In this document: piece by piece, positions 57,621 to 64,000 of the stretch
How the letters are laid out: each line of letters starts with the position of its first letter
Numbering within the stretch: position 1 is the stretch's first letter
Assembly (NCBI GenBank): GCA_012295275.1
Contig: CM022670.1
Coordinates: 16,616,001 to 16,680,000, forward strand
DNA length: 64,000 nt
Reading direction: 5' to 3'
From: Chrysomallon squamiferum
Lineage: Eukaryota > Animalia > Mollusca
The notes under the pieces: model-generated
The model's database searches: none
The model's input: only the letters and a program-made list of their open reading frames with translations
Told to the model about the DNA's origin: nothing
Translations under genes and position numbers: made by a program

Positions 57621-59788
57621 TGTTATTTTTACTATTATTATTTTACCAAGGTTTAACACAAATTGCTATATTTTTCTACATGGAAAGAAATAATTATATT
57701 TTTAATAGAAATTTCTTAAAAGACTTAAAAGGTAAAGTTATTCTCAGATGGTAAAAATATAACAAAACTGTTTAACCAGCATACAGTTTCTGCCATGCAT
57801 CAGTGTTTGAGTAGCCAATGTTGTAAATAACATAGCCATCAAAATCCACATTCAAGCCATCCCAAAAAGGACCAAAAGGGTTTCCTTTAAAAAAATATAT
57901 AAATAAAATCTGATATAGATAGAAAAATTGACTGATATATAAAAATATTTGGTAGTAAATAATTTTAAAACAACTAGAAAATGAAAATGCCTGAAACCAT
58001 AATAAAATAAAATAAAAATAAAATGAAATCCACTGGAAGTAAATATGTTTCAACTATTAAATTATTTAATATTTAAATATTTTTAAGATACTGGACATAT
58101 TTTATAAACTTATAAATTGAAAAGATTTTATTGTTTACTAATTTTCTTTTGTAAATGGTTTCATTAAAAATTATAATAATTCAGATTGAAATATATGTAA
58201 CAGATACCAATACAGATAGGAAGATCCTGAAAATTTTCTTTTGAGTAATATGCAATAAAGCACTATTTAATTTTTTTTTTTTTTTTTTTTAAATAAAAAT
58301 ATCAAACCTTCTTTCATTTGACATTTGTTTTCCTTATCGTTGGGAGGTAACCAACACCAGCCATGTCGCTTCCCTGGTGGCCAGTGTACTGGGGCCAATT
58401 CTGACATAAAATCCTCGGCCAAAACAACACGATGAAATTTCCTTAGAGGTTCAACTTTAAACCATTCATTGAATGGCACATTTTTCTGAAACAAAATTTA
58501 ACAGTTAAACAATTCTTTAAAAATATAATAATAATAATAATAATAATAATTTTAAAATATTACGAAGAATTAGAATTTCAACATGAAAGTTAAACTGAAG
58601 TTGTCAAAATTTAAGACAAAATCCACATAAAGACAAGGTATCTCGTAACTGATCTAAATTTATCCTGTTTATCAAAAGATGTGTTTGTCAAATATAGCAT
58701 TTATTAAGTAGATTAAAATAACCATATTTTACTTTAAAAATGTGAACAGGTTAGTGAATATTCCATTTTTAAATAAAAAAAAAAAAATTTTTGAGTATTT
58801 TATTCAGAGTAGAAGAATCTCTTAATCTAAACAGCTAAGCTGCATGCAGCAGGGATACTAGTTACTGTATACTTACATATGTCCTCCAGGGTGGTAGCAC
58901 CAGAGTACGATTTATTTTCTTAGCAAAACTTAAAGCACCAAGAAAATGGTCAGCCTGGTTACCAAAGCGACCTGAGAGTAAAGAATTTGTTGTGTTTACT
59001 ATTTTATATAACACAGGTTTATTTACTTTCAATTAAATTGCACAAATATCTTTTGTACAGATCAATAAATATACAAACAAATGTGCAGGTGTGTATTTTT
59101 TTTTAAAAGAAAGATTATAAATTATAATTAAGAAATTTAGTAGGGAAAGTAGTAAATGATCTTAGTTGTTTGATGCTTTTGATCGAAGTAATATATTAAT
59201 TATTTATCAATTTGTTTTTTATTACATGAGAATTAATTTTGCTTCATTTACTGTTTATTTTACAGACTAATCTCTACACGATGTTTTACTTTCAGCAATA
59301 TTCAAGACTTGCTGATAATATTTCATAAATTTTATTATTAAATTTTTTGATTTGTTTTTTTGTTTATGGACATTTGCTATGAAAATAACGTTCTTACGAA
59401 CTGTTCTGTAAGTTATTACACAATTTACAGTATTTATTTTGTTCAATAACTTTCGCCAAGTTTTGTACTGTATTTTTGTACTGTATCACTTTCAATACAT
59501 GGTTTTGTTCAGTAACTTTCGCCAGGTTTTGTACTGGATCAGTATATGGTTCTTTAAACTACAATTTCATCATTTTCCCGCTAAATTGACAAGATAAAAT
59601 CGTAAATGTTTTCTTTGATCGAGATAAATTTTCAGAATTATCAGTTAGTTACTGCACCTACCCATACATGGACAAAAAATTATATATCCATTAGAATCCC
59701 ACTGAAGTTCAGCTTCTGTTGATAATAATAGACACTGCAACATAAGTACAAAAACAATTACATTCTCAGCAGTCATTATTGAATACAT
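55678..59788 (-). CDS. POFUT1: GDP-fucose protein O-fucosyltransferase 1, 8 coding exons, 362 aa (gene span)
   Basis: Hand-spliced exons 59662-59788, 58877-58971, 58308-58485, 57785-57884, 57173-57368, 56660-56784, 56265-56370 and 55678-55839 total 1089 nt with consistent phases and GT-AG introns. Motifs [73 protein letters not shown]. Confidence 0.96.
56265..56370 (-). CDS. POFUT1: POFUT1 exon 7
   Basis: [35 protein letters not shown]; ttgcag acceptor, GTATTT donor. Confidence 0.93.
56660..56784 (-). CDS. POFUT1: POFUT1 exon 6
   Basis: [22 protein letters not shown]...[11 protein letters not shown]; ttctag acceptor, GTAGGT donor. Confidence 0.93.
57173..57368 (-). CDS. POFUT1: POFUT1 exon 5
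   Basis: [19 protein letters not shown]...[12 protein letters not shown]; ttctag acceptor, GTGAGT donor. Confidence 0.95.
57785..57884 (-). CDS. POFUT1: POFUT1 exon 4
   Basis: [16 protein letters not shown]...AWQKL; ttaaag acceptor, GTATGC donor in phase with exon 5. Confidence 0.92.
58308..58485 (-). CDS. POFUT1: POFUT1 exon 3
   Basis: [27 protein letters not shown]...CQMKEG; tttcag acceptor, GTTTGA donor. Confidence 0.93.
58877..58971 (-). CDS. POFUT1: POFUT1 exon 2
   Basis: [32 protein letters not shown]; ctctcag acceptor, GTAAGT donor. Confidence 0.95.
59662..59788 (-). CDS. POFUT1: POFUT1 exon 1 (signal peptide + [13 protein letters not shown])
   Basis: [43 protein letters not shown], donor GTAGGT; alternative in-frame ATG at 59776. 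Confidence 0.9.
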
Positions 59789-60589
59789 TACAAAACATTG
59801 CTGTCGTTATTAAATGACAACAAACAACACGTGAATAAACTACTTCCGATTTGGTTAGAGTTACTTGCCCTTGGATTTCAGAAGGCTCTTGTTACGCTTT
59901 CATGTGAATTATTGATCTCACACTTCAGCGCATTCGCATTATGAATAAACTTGGAACGATAATAAAATGTCATTGAGGTATATAATAAAGTCCAAGCCCG
60001 TCATGATACATTTTCCTAAATAAAGGAACCTGTCTATATAATACAGCTTACCAATATTTAATGTCATTTGTTAGTTGTAAAAATAAACCACACACACATT
60101 TAGGAATACTGGCAATAGTTGATACTTCAACAATGAACTATTAAAATTACAATCCATACAGTGATAAAGCAGAACATTTTAATTAGTTCGTAAAACTGCG
60201 ATATTAAAAAAATAGACAATAACAAAACGTATTTTAGTTTTATCCATTAATGCTTTATTTGTGACCAGTTAATGAAGTATGACAATGTTATAAAGTTATA
60301 CAAACATCAGCATTGATCCTCTCTATTTAGCAATGTCATTACTTCGCAGAGATGAACAAAAGGTCACTCTGGTTGTCAAAAATGTGCGCACATGTAGTAG
60401 AAATGTCTTCTTGGATAATAGAATGAACTGATTTCCTAAATTTATAAGAAAGCAGCAGTTGTTTGTGAAACTCGGATTACTATGTTTATACTTGTATATA
60501 ATGAGCAAATGTAAATGTTGTGAACAAGTTCATAATATTGTGAAAGGAAATAAACCACAGCTATTGTGTTGAACACAATTTATAATATA

Positions 60590-60855
60590 CAGGCTGAGGA
60601 TCCCTTATCTGCAATTCTGAAATTCAAACTTTTTATCATAGTTTCTGACTTTTTTGCATATACAAACCATATTTTAGGCATAAAATTATTAAAAATATTA
60701 TTTAAAAAATCCTGCAGCCTATCTTTGTAAGCTATATGCGAAAATAAAAAGAATTCACATTTAGACATTGTTGCTATTCTTATGCTATCTCCTTATATTC
60801 CAAAATCTGAAACACTTCCGGTCCCAAGCATTTCAGATAAAGGATTCTCAACCTG
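60590..60855. mobile_element. pogo/Tigger-type MITE (Tigger4/MER46-like), 266 bp
   Basis: Imperfect TIRs CAGGCTGAGGATCCCTTATCTG ... CAGATAAAGGATTCTCAACCTG, TA on both sides; related copy at 18009-18261. Confidence 0.85.
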
Positions 60856-61880
60856 TATTTCATATGTTTTCCTTTGTTGCTGACAAATGTCTCATTTACT
60901 TCTGTTTAAACAACAACAACAAACAACAAAATTCATCATGATGTAGAAACATAACAGGAAATGTAGAGGAATTTAGAAAGGAAAGGAATACTGTAACCAT
61001 GTACTGATGTAGTGAAATTAACAAGAAATATAACCATGTAGAGGAATTTAAATAGAAATATTATAACTGTGTAGAGGAATTTTCAAAAGAATATTTTAAC
61101 CATGAACTGAATAAAAAGGATAACACAAAATGAATTTAGCCCATTTGATTTTCATTTATACTCTGTTTATTAGTGATTAAGTTGCTATGATAATAGATGA
61201 ATAAAAAATTATTAAATTTGTTTCCTGCTGAGTATTTTTTTTTATTCAAAGAAACATTTTCTACAGGAATGTTATTTAAACATCATCCTTCTGAAACTAC
61301 TCTGTTAGCTGATAAGATAATTATGTTAAGCTGTATTTCAGTTTAAAATTTATTTTATATGATCTTTCCTTTGTTAACAATCAATTTTTAATAAATTGCT
61401 GCATGAGAAAACCTGGCTAAAGTGCAAAATTACAAAATTTAAAATGGATATTTAAAAAATATATATTATCTTGTAAAACATTTTTTGAAAAATATTACAT
61501 ATCAATCCAGTTTGGGAATTCTGTCACAATACATCTAAAATGTGGGGTGACATACAGACCAGTTAGTGTCACTGCTTAACTCAAATTTGATAAGATTCCC
61601 TAATCGTATAATGATACAACATGCCACAGACAAGTCAATCCTCTTGAGAAAATAGAAATAAGAGTGAAATCAAGCATTTTAGACAGAAAACCCAATTTTT
61701 TATAAATTAGCTCAAAATAGCTTATTGCATCTTTGGCCAAGTTTTCCTGTGCAGCATGGTAATTTATTCCTAATTATTTTGTTTGTTAATGGATTAATGC
61801 ACTTTATTAAATATGTGTTTTGAGAACAACTGTTGAGTAAAAGAGAACATAGCACCATACATGGGTAATGTTAGTTCATG

Positions 61881-62126
61881 TCAAACATCTGGAATGGGCA
61901 GTTCATTCAGTCCAACACATCTGTCTATCATAACATCGGATTCCACAACAATATCACAGTCATTTATGATTTCCATCTCAACAAGTTCATCTTCATACTG
62001 GAAACAGCTAGAGAATGTGCTGAGGAAAATGTCTTTCAGAAGCTGAAGGACATAATTCTGGTGAGTTGTTTCAGTGTCGGCTTGTTGCTCCGTTGAAAAC
62101 AAGTGTTGCTGAATGGAATGGAGCAT
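61881..62126 (-). CDS. MYSM1: MYSM1 last coding exon
   Basis: ttttgacag acceptor then phase-0 [13 protein letters not shown]...PIPDV to TGA. Confidence 0.82.
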   Translation of the reverse strand: MLHSIQQHLFSTEQQADTETTHQNYVLQLLKDIFLSTFSSCFQYEDELVEMEIINDCDIVVESDVMIDRCVGLNELPIPDV

Positions 62127-64000
62127 CTGTCAAAACATTTACACAAATTTTATTACACAGTAAATATTTTTATAAAGAAATAATTATGTTTGACTGGTGT
62201 ATATTCTTACAATTTTTAATTTTTTTATTAATGTTTTATTAATTTTTTTTTTTTTTATTAATCATCAGGTGTATCTACCTGCTATTTATTTTATTTAGAA
62301 TTGTAACTTGCCTTTTGTCAAGCCAAACTAAATTTGATTTTCAAAGTGAAGAAATACTTGTGGCTGGCCTGCTGTAAGTAAGAAATTAAAGACTGCAGTT
62401 TACCTTGTCTAGACAAGTCATTCCAGATGATGAGCCAAACTGTTCACACAGGGAGACTCGGCTCTGAGCTGTGCTGTATTTCTCTGCCAGCTCCCTTGCT
62501 GGGCTCAGCAGTTCATTTTCATCATACTTCCTGTAAACTACTCTATAGTCAAACTTGTAGGGAATATCTGTATAAAGTAAAGTTCTTCAAGTAAAACACT
62601 GGCACTGTTATATATCACTGTTATTTGGTTCTGTTTTTATTTATTTATTTATTTTGAAAATTACTAAATAATTTAATATATAATTACATACTAATATGTT
62701 CTAAATCAACAGTTTTCAACCTGGATGGCAGCACCTATTTGCACCACTCTGAGACTGCAGAAATATGAGGTGATGGTAAAAAAAAACCCTACATTTGGTA
62801 ACCTATAAACATTTGTAACTCCACTACCTAATTTATCACACTTCTTTCATAGTATAAAATTTAACCTAGCAGCCCCAACTTTAATATATTGTTTGAAATG
62901 TGGTGATGAAAAATAAAGGTTTAACAACCACTGTTATAGATGAATGGGATAGTTTTAAAATAATTACTTAATCCAATTATAATTATTAAAAATATTCAAA
63001 AACTAAACATAAATAAAATATAAATTTAACCTAGATGCTGCAATCTTAAAAATTATTTGAAATGTGGTGGTGAAAAACACAAAGTTTGGAACCACTCTTC
63101 TATATATATATATGGGATCTTTTTAAAACAATAACTTAACTGAATTAGATTATAAAAATGTAGGTACAATTTGAATCCTATAAAACATTCAGAAACAAAA
63201 GGTATATATTCACTACTCACGGTAAGTTGTTTCTGGACTGATGTCTTTACTGATGGTCAAACACTGAATTTCAGACACTGGGTCTTGTTTCAGTCGGTTG
63301 TATGGACTGATAATCATTCCAACAAAATGACTGCCACCTTTTGCAAACCAGTTCTAAAATAAACAGTATACCATATTTAATCAAAACATTTAACAGACAC
63401 AGGTCCTTTACTATTACAGAATTTGATGAAAAACACAAATAAATATCTATGCTATCATATATTATAGTCTATGCTATCATTACAGTGCTGAATAGTTACT
63501 TTTAGTAATACAATCTTAATTGTCATTAAATTTATAATACCCAGTTATTTTAAATTTAATTAACACATATAACATGTTCAGCAATGATTACTACTGTATC
63601 TAGAATAATTATAATCTGAAATTACTGTAGTTTTATGGACATAAAAAATAGGTTAAAGAGTTTATCTGTTAGTTGCTCACCTGAAACTTAGGTTGTGTTT
63701 TGACAATAGAGTTTGTCTATGTTAATTGCTCATCTGAGTTTTATGACCAAAAAACATAGGTTAAAGAGTTTATCTGTTAGCTGCTCTATGAAATTTTAGT
63801 TGTGTTTTGACAATAGAGTTTGTCTATGCTAATTCCTTACCCGAAATTTTATTTGTGTTTTGACAAAAGACTTTGTTTATGTTAGTTGCTCACCTGAAAC
63901 TTAAGTTGTGTCTCGACATCCCTCACAGATGGATTGGGTGTGAATGTTGGGTGTGAATGGTACCAGCCAACTGTTATCAAACCTGCTGAATTTATTTTTT
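61881..64000 (-). CDS. MYSM1: Histone H2A deubiquitinase MYSM1, C-terminal part (MPN/JAMM domain), 5'-truncated by the window (gene span)
   Basis: Exons 63894-64000 (partial), 63221-63353, 62404-62567 and 61881-62126 splice in phase: [26 protein letters not shown]|[19 protein letters not shown]...EIQCLTIS...H|IPYKFD...GMTCLDK|MLHSI. JAMM motif H-S-H-x7-S-x2-D. Confidence 0.9.
62404..62567 (-). CDS. MYSM1: MYSM1 exon
   Basis: [20 protein letters not shown]...SGMTCLDK; tacag acceptor, GTAAAA donor. Confidence 0.9.
62857..63158. repeat. Diverged ~165-bp tandem duplication in a MYSM1 intron
   Basis: AAATTTAACCTAG...TTTGAAATGTGGTG...AACCACT...ATGGGAT...TTTTAAAA occurs at 62857 and 63022. Confidence 0.75.
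63221..63353 (-). CDS. MYSM1: MYSM1 exon
   Basis: [44 protein letters not shown]; ttttag acceptor, GTGAGT donor. Confidence 0.92.
63628..63917. repeat. ~53-bp minisatellite overlapping the MYSM1 exon/donor junction
   Basis: GTTAGTTGCTCACCTGAAACTTA units at 63668, 63721, 63776, 63828, 63881. Confidence 0.88.
63894..64000 (-). CDS. MYSM1: MYSM1 JAMM-motif exon (partial)
   Basis: [35 protein letters not shown], donor CAG|GTGAGC. Confidence 0.92.

Overview
AT-rich, microsatellite-dense animal genomic DNA with GT-AG introns; the style suggests an invertebrate such as a mollusc, which is inference only. Four protein-coding loci are supported. (1) A DIRAS (Di-Ras1/2-type) small GTPase with a single coding exon on + (30108-30704). 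(2) A convergent XK-related (XKR) membrane protein on - (36028-38567), apparently without coding introns and broken by two +1 frameshifts. (3) A complete 8-exon POFUT1 on - (55678-59788, 362 aa) that lacks a C-terminal KDEL-type signal. (4) The 3' four exons of MYSM1 on - (61881-64000, JAMM motif intact, truncated by the window edge). The first 30 kb are non-coding, with candidate alternative first exons for DIRAS, several minisatellites, a Tigger4/MER46-like MITE (second copy at 60.6 kb) and a foldback element with (GA)n/(TC)n arms. I found no CRISPR array, rRNA or tRNA, and I cannot support a clearly new biological system. The best leads are the double +1 frameshift in XKR (error, pseudogene or recoding), a possible readthrough extension of MYSM1, a minisatellite that copies a MYSM1 splice donor, and the repeat elements.
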